A stretch of 64,000 nucleotides of DNA, from sequence record MZ779063.1, one strand, 5' to 3'. Position 1 is the first letter of the stretch; the number at the start of each line of letters is the position of its first letter. A model generated the notes under the pieces. That model was given only the letters and a program-made list of their open reading frames with translations. It ran no database searches and was not told the origin of the DNA. A program made the position numbers and the translations under genes. Shown piece by piece: positions 37,441 through 45,795 of this stretch.

Positions 37441-37659
37441 TTATTTTTTATCTTGTTCTTTTATCTCTTCTAATAGGATTTCATTAAAAGTAGATAACTT
37501 ATCTATTACTTTTCTTTGATTTCTATTTTCTTTTTCTATCATATTAATTCTTATAGATATATCTTCCAAATTCTTAAGGATTAATTTAGTTCTTACAATT
37601 AATGGTAGACTTATCAATAAGAAATATATTAAGAGGCAAAGGATAACAAGCTGTATCAA
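37441..37659 (-). CDS. Small membrane-anchored coiled-coil protein
   Basis: GGAGG RBS with TTG start; N-terminal TM then heptads. Confidence 0.7.
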   Translation of the reverse strand: MIQLVILCLLIYFLLISLPLIVRTKLILKNLEDISIRINMIEKENRNQRKVIDKLSTFNEILLEEIKEQDKK

Positions 37660-37728
37660 TAGCGGTTTCCTCCAGTACTTACATTATAGAAAAAATTTTA
37701 TAGAAAAGGGAGCGTTGATGAAAATACT

Positions 37729-38397
37729 ATGAATTATAAAGAATCGTTTAAAGAATTTGACTTCAGCAGAGACTTTGAAGCTGTAGTCATAGATAACTCA
37801 GATTTTGATACAAAATATGAAGTTAAGCTATTTGTTTTTGAACTAATAATGACCACCTTGCAAGATTCCCCAAGAAATATCAAAAGAAATCTATATGCAT
37901 CAAATATTATTAATATAGAAGATTTAGATATATCTGAGAATATTGATATTGGAAATTATTTAGTCTGTCAACCGTTGATGAATAATGATCTTGATAAACC
38001 TTTAAGAAAACCTGAATTATATGACAGAGTTTTACTTAAATTCCATAATGCAAATCCTAAATTCCCATATTATTACGATATGCATCTTCCAAGAAAATAT
38101 AAACCTGAAGAACCTCATATTCCTAATAGAAGACAAATCAAAGGAAATTATTATAGATTGCTTATGTATAGAGAAGAAAACATGACAGGAAATGACGTTA
38201 ATGTAGTAGGAATAACACTGCATGGTCTAGGATATTCTGTCAATAAATATGATAGTAAAAACTATATATTCGATAGAACTATGTTAGAATCATTATTACA
38301 GTTCCAAAAAGATAATAACCTTAAACAAGATGGAGACGTTGGCCCAATTACATTTAACAAATTAATAGAAAAATACAATGCAATTAGCTATTGTTAG
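37729..38397 (+). CDS. Baseplate spike-like OB-fold protein fused to a peptidoglycan-binding domain
   Basis: gp5/gpV-like N-terminus (AVVIDN.D...VKL...PELYDRVLLKFHNANPKFPY); PG_binding_1 C-terminus (GNDV...LGY...FQKDNNLKQDGDVGPIT). Confidence 0.7.
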   Translation: MNYKESFKEFDFSRDFEAVVIDNSDFDTKYEVKLFVFELIMTTLQDSPRNIKRNLYASNIINIEDLDISENIDIGNYLVCQPLMNNDLDKPLRKPELYDRVLLKFHNANPKFPYYYDMHLPRKYKPEEPHIPNRRQIKGNYYRLLMYREENMTGNDVNVVGITLHGLGYSVNKYDSKNYIFDRTMLESLLQFQKDNNLKQDGDVGPITFNKLIEKYNAISYC

Positions 38398-38414
38398 AAA
38401 TGAGGAATTAAAAA

Positions 38415-38999
38415 ATGTATTATGAAATTAAACAAGATAGACGAAGAAGAAGTAGTACTTTTCAAACACATATAATAATTACTCATATGAATAATTTAAT
38501 ACTTAAGGAAAACAAATTTAGTGATAGAGATTTACTTAAAGGATCTTATAAATATTCTTGGGGTAAAGTTCAGAATTATCTAATTAGACATGCTAATATT
38601 AGAGCATTACCTATGCATTATTATGTAGAATTAATAGATAAAGATTACGCTGTTATGGAAGGATTATCTGATTATAAACCTAGCTACTACCTTCAAGAAT
38701 TAGCAGATAAAGGAATTATACCTCAGAAATATAAAAATAGTATTTTAATAGCTGTAGCTGATGATTTTAATTTATATAATCCTGATGTACGTATGTTTAA
38801 ACATCTAGCAGATAAATTATTAGTACCTTTATGTAAAAGACATCGATTAAGTTTTCATGAGATAAAATTATTAGATGAAATTTATAGAGATGACTATCTT
38901 GATCATCTTGATGAAAATCGTTTTGAAACTAAATCTATGAATAGATTTGATAAACAGAGATTAAAAAATCAATTTAATATCTATAATGTAATGAAATAA
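38415..38999 (+). CDS. Degenerate Amidase_2 / T7-lysozyme-fold protein
   Basis: IIITH, MHYYV, NSILIAVADDF...P...L...L pattern, but the terminal GH/C zinc-ligand region reads KLLDE. Confidence 0.55.
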   Translation: MYYEIKQDRRRRSSTFQTHIIITHMNNLILKENKFSDRDLLKGSYKYSWGKVQNYLIRHANIRALPMHYYVELIDKDYAVMEGLSDYKPSYYLQELADKGIIPQKYKNSILIAVADDFNLYNPDVRMFKHLADKLLVPLCKRHRLSFHEIKLLDEIYRDDYLDHLDENRFETKSMNRFDKQRLKNQFNIYNVMK

Positions 39000-39337
39000 A
39001 ATTTATTTATATTTTGTTACTAACAATATAAATATAGAAATTTAGATTTCTATATTGTTTTACCTTTTGTTTTGTCTTATGTTTGTGCTCTGATTTCAAA
39101 GTCATTTTGCTCTTAACTTCGTATAGTATAAAACTTTGCTATTTATAATTTTTTTAGCTAAGTTAATAAAGCTTATAAGCTTTATTGGACAAACTGCCAT
39201 GTCAAATTTATAAATAACTTACAATATATTAGCGTATTAAGTTTTTATAATAAAAAAATTATTGCTTTCGCTTAATGATTAAATTTCTATTTTAATCTTT
39301 ATTTATGATTTACTCCTTATATAAATAAAAAATAAAT

Positions 39338-39367
39338 CCCCAATACCATAGAAAAATGGTATTGGGG
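39338..39367 (-). terminator. Intrinsic terminator
   Basis: 12-bp stem CCCCAATACCAT/ATGGTATTGGGG. Confidence 0.8.
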
Positions 39368-39374
39368 TATTTTA

Positions 39375-40088
39375 TTAACCGAAATATAATTTCTTTCTGT
39401 TACTATTAAATATAGAATAATTTTCCATCTTTTCTACTAACTCTCTACGTTTATCTCTTGCTTCACGTAAATCATCCATATTAAGATTTAATTCTCCAAA
39501 AGTAGTTTGTAAGTTCTGGAATCTACTTCTCATAGCATATAGTGATATTTGAACATCATAAGAAGCTAATTCTAAGAAATAGTCATGCATATTATTTGGT
39601 ACAGAACCAAAATGTTTATCATGATAAGTATTCAGAACTATTAGTAAATTAACAGAACCAATTACAGCAGAACTTAATATTTCTATTTTATTAGGATGAT
39701 GGTATCTAAAAGTAGATGGTGATAAATTAATTGCCATTAAATCAGACATCATTTGACTATCTATAGGATTTCCCATAGCAAATCCTGCATAAGGACTCAT
39801 ATTACCTGCATATCCAGTTAAATTAGTAACAGGATTATTAGCTCCAATTACTCTATTAATATTAACTATAGGATTCTCAGAATCTATATAGAACATATTA
39901 GTAGTTCCTTCTACTTTATCTTCTGGTTTTATAATTACTCTTTCTTGCTTAGGATGAAATTTACTAAATGTAGGAATAGTGAATCTTTCTACTGTTTTAA
40001 TAATTTCATCAGGTTTTAATTCTAAATCAGTGAACATGAAACCTACATCACGTTCAATATAGTTAAGTATTTCTGTATTGGTTAACAT
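39375..40088 (-). CDS. Neck/head-completion protein (T4 gp13-like)
   Basis: EILNYIERDVG...ELKPDEI...TFSKFHP resembles the gp13 N-terminus. Confidence 0.6.
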   Translation of the reverse strand: MLTNTEILNYIERDVGFMFTDLELKPDEIIKTVERFTIPTFSKFHPKQERVIIKPEDKVEGTTNMFYIDSENPIVNINRVIGANNPVTNLTGYAGNMSPYAGFAMGNPIDSQMMSDLMAINLSPSTFRYHHPNKIEILSSAVIGSVNLLIVLNTYHDKHFGSVPNNMHDYFLELASYDVQISLYAMRSRFQNLQTTFGELNLNMDDLREARDKRRELVEKMENYSIFNSNRKKLYFG

Positions 40089-40112
40089 AACCTTTAATCA
40101 CATCCATACACA

Positions 40113-40955
40113 TTATTTAAAGTTTCTATAGAAATCATCAAGTCCATTAAGAACAGATTCTTCTAAGAACACTTTGATAGTTTTATTACTTTCTCTAATT
40201 GAAGCTAATTGAGAACCTTTATCATAACTGATATTAGATTCATCAACTCCAGCAAATCCCATATCTTCTGCAATGTATTTCACATTATCTGAATTTTCTT
40301 TAATATAAGTTAAAACTTCTCTAGGAGAGAATTCAGTAATTTTACCATTAGCAAACATATCAATTGATTCATTTACCATTTGTAAATCATTAGGATTATA
40401 GTTATTATGACCTTCTGAAATAATATTTTGAATATAAGAATCTTGATGAGATGGAATTACTACCCAATCATAGCAAATTAATCTTAAAGGCTTAGTAACT
40501 TCAACTTCACCAGAAGGAGTTCTATTAATTTTACTGAAACCACGCATTGAGAAAGATACGTCAGATTTTTGTCTAATTAAACCTTTCATATCTTTACCAG
40601 CTGCTGTTTGAGCTGTTTCTACTTCTCCCATTAATTTATTACCATTCCACCAAGTTCTAGTAACAATATGAGAAATATTGCGTTGATCAATATACATTTG
40701 ACGTTTAGGTTCATCACTTAAGGGATGTCCTGATTCCCCGTAAAAAGTTCTTCTTGCTAATTTTTCTTGTATTACTGGACTATCTAAACCACTTTGAATA
40801 ACATCTTTACGATAAACACGACCATTACGGTTTTGTCTATCCGCTTCTTGTAACTCAGCAATGAATCTAACCGATTTATTATTATCTTGAACTACTTCTG
40901 GTTGAGAAGTTGTATTAGATTCATTAATAAGATAAGCTTTTATATCTTTAGACAT
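40113..40955 (-). CDS. Prohead core protease (T4 gp21-like)
   Basis: QEADRQNRNGRVY, GESGHP, ISH, SFSMRG, D...PS motifs. Confidence 0.9.
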   Translation of the reverse strand: MSKDIKAYLINESNTTSQPEVVQDNNKSVRFIAELQEADRQNRNGRVYRKDVIQSGLDSPVIQEKLARRTFYGESGHPLSDEPKRQMYIDQRNISHIVTRTWWNGNKLMGEVETAQTAAGKDMKGLIRQKSDVSFSMRGFSKINRTPSGEVEVTKPLRLICYDWVVIPSHQDSYIQNIISEGHNNYNPNDLQMVNESIDMFANGKITEFSPREVLTYIKENSDNVKYIAEDMGFAGVDESNISYDKGSQLASIRESNKTIKVFLEESVLNGLDDFYRNFK

Positions 40956-40989
40956 TTATTTAACTTCCTTTCACATATTAAATTTAGAA

Positions 40990-41027
40990 TATTTAAATGT
41001 TTGATAAGCAATTTTAACAATAGAATA
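40990..41027. promoter_or_regulatory. Divergent pair of late promoters
   Basis: AACA TTTAAA TA on minus (40990-41001) and AACA ATAGAA TA on plus (41016-41027). Confidence 0.65.
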
Positions 41028-41055
41028 TTAACCTTAATGAAAATATGAATAGGAT

Positions 41056-42075
41056 GTGAAATACTTGAAGAATTTCAATGAAGTAGAAAGTGAATTAAAA
41101 TATTTCATAGAACAAACAGATAACGATTCTTTTCCTGTTGATTTATATGATAAATTGATTGATATTGAAAAGTATGCAGATGTAGATTCTTTTACAAGTG
41201 ATCAAGTTAGGAAATCGGTTAAATATCTTGTTGCTTTAAAAGATTCACTAGAAAGATTTGAAATTGAAAATGAACAGTCTGAAATGGCAGTTAATATGGT
41301 TCTTCATAAAATAGAATTTTTAAAAGATAAGTATAATACTCTTTATATTAATAAACGTGTTCCAAATAATGGTTACATAGATAATTTATATAAAGAAGAT
41401 TTCAGTTCTAATATTAATACAGAATTTAATTTTAAACAATTAACTGTAGCATTAGCTGAAAGTCCTGCTGATTCTAAACTAGAAAGAAAAGCTGTTATTA
41501 ATTTCTTAATGGAAGGTAATATGAATTATCTCAATGAAGCTTATGACGATGATGATGACGAAGATTATCTTGATGGTCTTGATAGTAGTTTTGAAACTTC
41601 TAAAGAACCTAAAGTTGCTGAAAAGAATTTAAATAGATTAATTGGTTCTGTTAAAAAAGCAACCGCTTCTTCTAAAAATATGAATGATAAACAATTAGCT
41701 AAAGCTAACCGTATTAGATTTGTAAGAGCTTTATTAACTGGAATTTTATTCTGTATTGGTTTAAAAATTAGTTCAGCAGCTATTGGTAAAGCTAAAACAG
41801 CTTTAATAGGGTTATTGACTGTAATTGTTTATAATGCAAGTAAAGGTAATGAACTTAATAGACTTATCATTGTATTAGAAGAAAGAATCCAAACTTTAGA
41901 GAATAGAATTGATTCGACTGATGATGGAGAAAAGAGAAAAGAATTAAGAATATTAAAATCAGATTTAGAAGGTCAACTTAAGAAAGCTAATTTCCAAAAG
42001 AAATCTATTGAGAAAACTAAAAATGCGATTTCTCGTGGAGATGTAAACGATAGTGGGTCAGCGTATGACTATTAA
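41056..42075 (+). CDS. Putative prohead core/internal head protein
   Basis: Between protease and capsid; L/I-x-E sites; hydrophobic hairpin plus coiled coil. Confidence 0.5.
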   Translation: MKYLKNFNEVESELKYFIEQTDNDSFPVDLYDKLIDIEKYADVDSFTSDQVRKSVKYLVALKDSLERFEIENEQSEMAVNMVLHKIEFLKDKYNTLYINKRVPNNGYIDNLYKEDFSSNINTEFNFKQLTVALAESPADSKLERKAVINFLMEGNMNYLNEAYDDDDDEDYLDGLDSSFETSKEPKVAEKNLNRLIGSVKKATASSKNMNDKQLAKANRIRFVRALLTGILFCIGLKISSAAIGKAKTALIGLLTVIVYNASKGNELNRLIIVLEERIQTLENRIDSTDDGEKRKELRILKSDLEGQLKKANFQKKSIEKTKNAISRGDVNDSGSAYDY

Positions 42076-42739
42076 TAATAGAGATCTTTTATCTGAATCA
42101 ATTAAAAAATTATTAAATGGTAATAATATTCTTAATGAAGCTGAAGATGATGAAACTAATAATGATTCTTCAGATACTAATACAGATGATACAAGTTCGG
42201 AAGATACTACTAATGATAATGAAGAATCTTCAGAAGAAAATTCAGAAACAGAAGAAGATAATCAAGATGATAATAATGAAGATGATTCTAGTGCAGATGA
42301 CTCTGAAAGTGATTCAGGATTAGATGATGGTTCAGAAGAGAATTCAGATGAAGACAATCCTTTAGACGATCAATCTGAAGAAGAAAATAATGAGCCTAAA
42401 GAAACTAATTCAGATAAATATCTAAAATTACAAATATTTAATAAATTAAATGATTTAATAGATGTTTCATTAAAATTTAAAGATATTGTAAATGAAAAGA
42501 ATATGGAATCATTTGATAAAAATGAAAAAGAAAAAATGAGTGAGATTACTGTCCAAACTTCAAATAACTTAGACAGTTTAATTGATAGTATTAATTTATT
42601 TAACAATAAATTTATAAATAATATTGATGCTGATAAATGTCAAAAACTTTATACGAAGTTTGAAAGTACTTATGAAGAGATCTTCAATATTTATTTAAAA
42701 GAATACAATAAATTGAATAAAGACAAAAAAAGCAAATAG
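42053..42739 (+). CDS. Putative scaffold/core protein with acidic insert
   Basis: LLSES, ILNEAE sites then D/E/S/N tract; likely start ATG 42065. Confidence 0.55.
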   Translation: MGQRMTINNRDLLSESIKKLLNGNNILNEAEDDETNNDSSDTNTDDTSSEDTTNDNEESSEENSETEEDNQDDNNEDDSSADDSESDSGLDDGSEENSDEDNPLDDQSEEENNEPKETNSDKYLKLQIFNKLNDLIDVSLKFKDIVNEKNMESFDKNEKEKMSEITVQTSNNLDSLIDSINLFNNKFINNIDADKCQKLYTKFESTYEEIFNIYLKEYNKLNKDKKSK

Positions 42740-42788
42740 TTTTATATTTCAAATTTTATTCCGTTTTATTAATATTTATAAAATTAAT

Positions 42789-42800
42789 AACATTAACATA
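42789..42800 (+). promoter_or_regulatory. Late promoter AACA-N6-TA
   Basis: AACA TTAACA TA upstream of major capsid gene. Confidence 0.65.
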
Positions 42801-42917
42801 TGAAAAGAAATATTTCATTACAAATAATGATTATTTTTTATAAACAAATTTATATAATAAAATTAATAAATATAAACTACACGCTAATATATTTAAGAAA
42901 AGGAGCAGAAAAAATTT

Positions 42918-44522
42918 ATGTTAAACCCAAACAGAATTAAAGATGAATTTTCGGTTCGTTTAGAAGATATCGAAAACTCTATTAATGAATCATATAACCT
43001 TAGTACTATCGGCGGAGATTTCGCTGCTATTGCTACTGACGATGCAGTATTTGAAAGCTATAAAGATCAATTATTAGAAGGTTTTGACGCTGCTGAAGGA
43101 GAAGCTTTAGCTGGAATGTTAGATAATACTCGTGAAGAAATCTTAATGGAATCTTCAATGGGGCCTATCCAACCTTACGCTTCACTTTCTATGCCTATTT
43201 TAGTTAAACTTTGGGCTCGTTTAGCTTTAACTGAAGCTTTACCAACTCAAGTTGCTAACAAACCAAACTTTACAGTTCCAATCTTAACTCCATATGTTGT
43301 GGATGCAGATGGTAACAAACATGCTTTACCAGAATCAATTAATAACACACCTGAAACTTTAGTTGGATTAGTTCAAATTAAAGAAGATATCGCAGTTGAA
43401 GGTGGAAAAATTACTGATTACGATTTATTTAATGGATTAAAAGAAGGTAAAGAAGTTCGTAAAGGTATTGACCGTTTAGACCGTAAATTCAAAATCGTTG
43501 AAGCTAAATGGAGTGATTCATTCGATGAACGTACTTCAGCTGCAGGATTCGTTGAATTAGGTTCTAATGTAGTTAAATTACAAGACAATGATACATTAGT
43601 AGGACAAATTAAATATCCTACAAATGGTGATGGTGAAGTTGAAACTGACACTGTCTTAGGTAAAGTAGATGTTTCTACAGGTGAACTTACTTTGACTTCA
43701 GCTTCAGGTAAATTAACTGATGTTAAAGTTAAAGGTTATGTAGCTTCTGAACAACATACTTCAGCTACAAACGTTGAACTTGGTTTAACTCGTAAAGACG
43801 TTGTTATTGATACAGCTCAACACATCGAAGCTACAGTACCTCTTGAAGTAATTCAAGATATGAAAGCTACTTATGATATCGATGGAGTTGCTCGTTTATC
43901 AGAAACTATGTCTCAATTATCTAGTCAAAAAGTTGACTTAGACATTATTGAATTCTTAGATCACGAATATAAAGAAACTGATGCTAAATATCACTTCAGC
44001 TTCGATGTATTCCCACATAGTGATTACAGTGCTCATCCTAAAGATTGGTTAGAAGGTCTACGTGAAGTAATTGACCACACTACTCAATCAATGAAAAACG
44101 ATTACAAATTATATGACGTTCAATTCGTTATCGTTGGTAACCCATTAGACGTTCGTTTAATCCCTAACGTTTCTTGGACTTTCAATGGTGGAGACCGTAA
44201 CGCTGATGCTTATTCTAACGGAATCAAAATTAACTATTCATTAGGTGCTGCTTCAGGTACTGCTAACTACCGTATTATCGGTTCTGACTTAGTACGTCAA
44301 GGTGAATTAACTATTATTGCTATTCCTCAACAAGATAACTATAAAACATTCATGTTCTACCCTTACACATTCAATGTTGTAAATGGTGGAGGTTACCTAA
44401 ATACTCGTAACCCTAATGTTCCTAACATGATGATGACTCGTAGATATACAGTTGAATCATTTGTTCCGATCATTGGACGTATTACAATCAAAAACAACAA
44501 CGGTTCAGTATACGCTCGATAA
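42918..44522 (+). CDS. Major capsid protein
   Basis: 534 aa, strongly biased codon usage, cleavable N-terminal propeptide (ILME-S), C-terminal MMMTRRYT...GRITI, position after protease/scaffold. Confidence 0.85.
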   Translation: MLNPNRIKDEFSVRLEDIENSINESYNLSTIGGDFAAIATDDAVFESYKDQLLEGFDAAEGEALAGMLDNTREEILMESSMGPIQPYASLSMPILVKLWARLALTEALPTQVANKPNFTVPILTPYVVDADGNKHALPESINNTPETLVGLVQIKEDIAVEGGKITDYDLFNGLKEGKEVRKGIDRLDRKFKIVEAKWSDSFDERTSAAGFVELGSNVVKLQDNDTLVGQIKYPTNGDGEVETDTVLGKVDVSTGELTLTSASGKLTDVKVKGYVASEQHTSATNVELGLTRKDVVIDTAQHIEATVPLEVIQDMKATYDIDGVARLSETMSQLSSQKVDLDIIEFLDHEYKETDAKYHFSFDVFPHSDYSAHPKDWLEGLREVIDHTTQSMKNDYKLYDVQFVIVGNPLDVRLIPNVSWTFNGGDRNADAYSNGIKINYSLGAASGTANYRIIGSDLVRQGELTIIAIPQQDNYKTFMFYPYTFNVVNGGGYLNTRNPNVPNMMMTRRYTVESFVPIIGRITIKNNNGSVYAR

Positions 44523-44552
44523 GAGTAGTACTTTATCATTGCTATTTATATT

Positions 44553-44581
44553 ACCCATACATCTCTCTGAGGTGTATGGGT
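44553..44581 (+). terminator. Intrinsic terminator
   Basis: ACCCATACATCTC/GAGGTGTATGGGT plus T-tract. Confidence 0.8.
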
Positions 44582-44615
44582 TTATTTTATATCAAAAAGG
44601 AGAATATAATTCATT

Positions 44616-45770
44616 ATGAATTTACAAGAAGAACAACAATTAAATAAAATTAATAAAATAATGAATATCAATGAAGATGCTTTTAATTTTAGTAAAAATA
44701 CTTCATTATTGAGAGAAATAGATGAAGAATTTAAAACATTATTAGATAGTTATAATTATGATAAATCTGATTTTGATTTAATTGATAAACATGAAATAAA
44801 TAAAATATCTACTAATATTTCTAAAATCACTAAGAAGCTATTTAATACTAATATGAAATTAAAATTTGTTGAAGCTGATCCTAAAGGAAAAGATAAATTT
44901 AGAGTTGAATCAATTGCAAGTACAATTATAAAACCAGAACAAATTAGAAATACATTAGATGGAATTTCTAAAATAGTTATAGAAGAAAAGAATGGAATAT
45001 ATTATTCTAAACCTAGAGAAATTGAAGTTTTTATGGAGTTATCATCTTTAAGATACTTTTTAGAAATGAAAAAGAATTCTAAGAAGGTATCTTTTTCTAA
45101 TTTTAATGAAAGAGTTTGTACTTCAATATTATTACATGAAATAGGACATAATTTATTTTTACCTATTGAAATTAAAGTAATAACTCAAGGTAAAGAACCT
45201 GCTTTTGAGCTTAAATATAAAGACAATAAACCGGTACAATTTCAATATACTAAAGATATAGAAGCGGACACTGATAGAAATTTAAAATTAGCTGGTCCTA
45301 TGATAATTTCTATGACACTAATGGTTGCTATTTTAACTTCATTAACAGGTGTAGCTGCTATAACTGGAATTGCTTCTATTTTTTCTTTCTTTAAATTAGG
45401 ATCAATGGATAATAAAAGAGTAGAAAAAATGAATTATAATCTATCTGAAAGATCTGCTAATCAATTACCTGCTTTATATGGATATGCAAAAGAGAATATA
45501 ATGCTTTACGATATGGTTTATGCTGCAACTAATAGTAAAATGGAAAAAACTAAAAATAATATTTTCAGTAAAATATTTAGAGGATTAATGTATCCTGGTA
45601 GATTATTTATTAGAAATTATAAAGACTATTCATCAGATTCCATTGATAATACTATTAAGACTCTTAAATTTGAAATAAGTAACCCTAATAATAGTAAAGA
45701 AGTTAAAGAAAGTTTAAAACAACAACTTTCTGATATTCAAACTTTGATGAAGAAATCAGATAGAATGTAG
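44616..45770 (+). CDS. Putative virion zincin-like metallopeptidase
   Basis: ILLHEIGH (HEXXH) and distal ERSANQL..LYGY; hydrophobic central segment. Confidence 0.6.
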   Translation: MNLQEEQQLNKINKIMNINEDAFNFSKNTSLLREIDEEFKTLLDSYNYDKSDFDLIDKHEINKISTNISKITKKLFNTNMKLKFVEADPKGKDKFRVESIASTIIKPEQIRNTLDGISKIVIEEKNGIYYSKPREIEVFMELSSLRYFLEMKKNSKKVSFSNFNERVCTSILLHEIGHNLFLPIEIKVITQGKEPAFELKYKDNKPVQFQYTKDIEADTDRNLKLAGPMIISMTLMVAILTSLTGVAAITGIASIFSFFKLGSMDNKRVEKMNYNLSERSANQLPALYGYAKENIMLYDMVYAATNSKMEKTKNNIFSKIFRGLMYPGRLFIRNYKDYSSDSIDNTIKTLKFEISNPNNSKEVKESLKQQLSDIQTLMKKSDRM

Positions 45771-45795
45771 ATAAGAAAAGTGAGTTGAAATAAAT

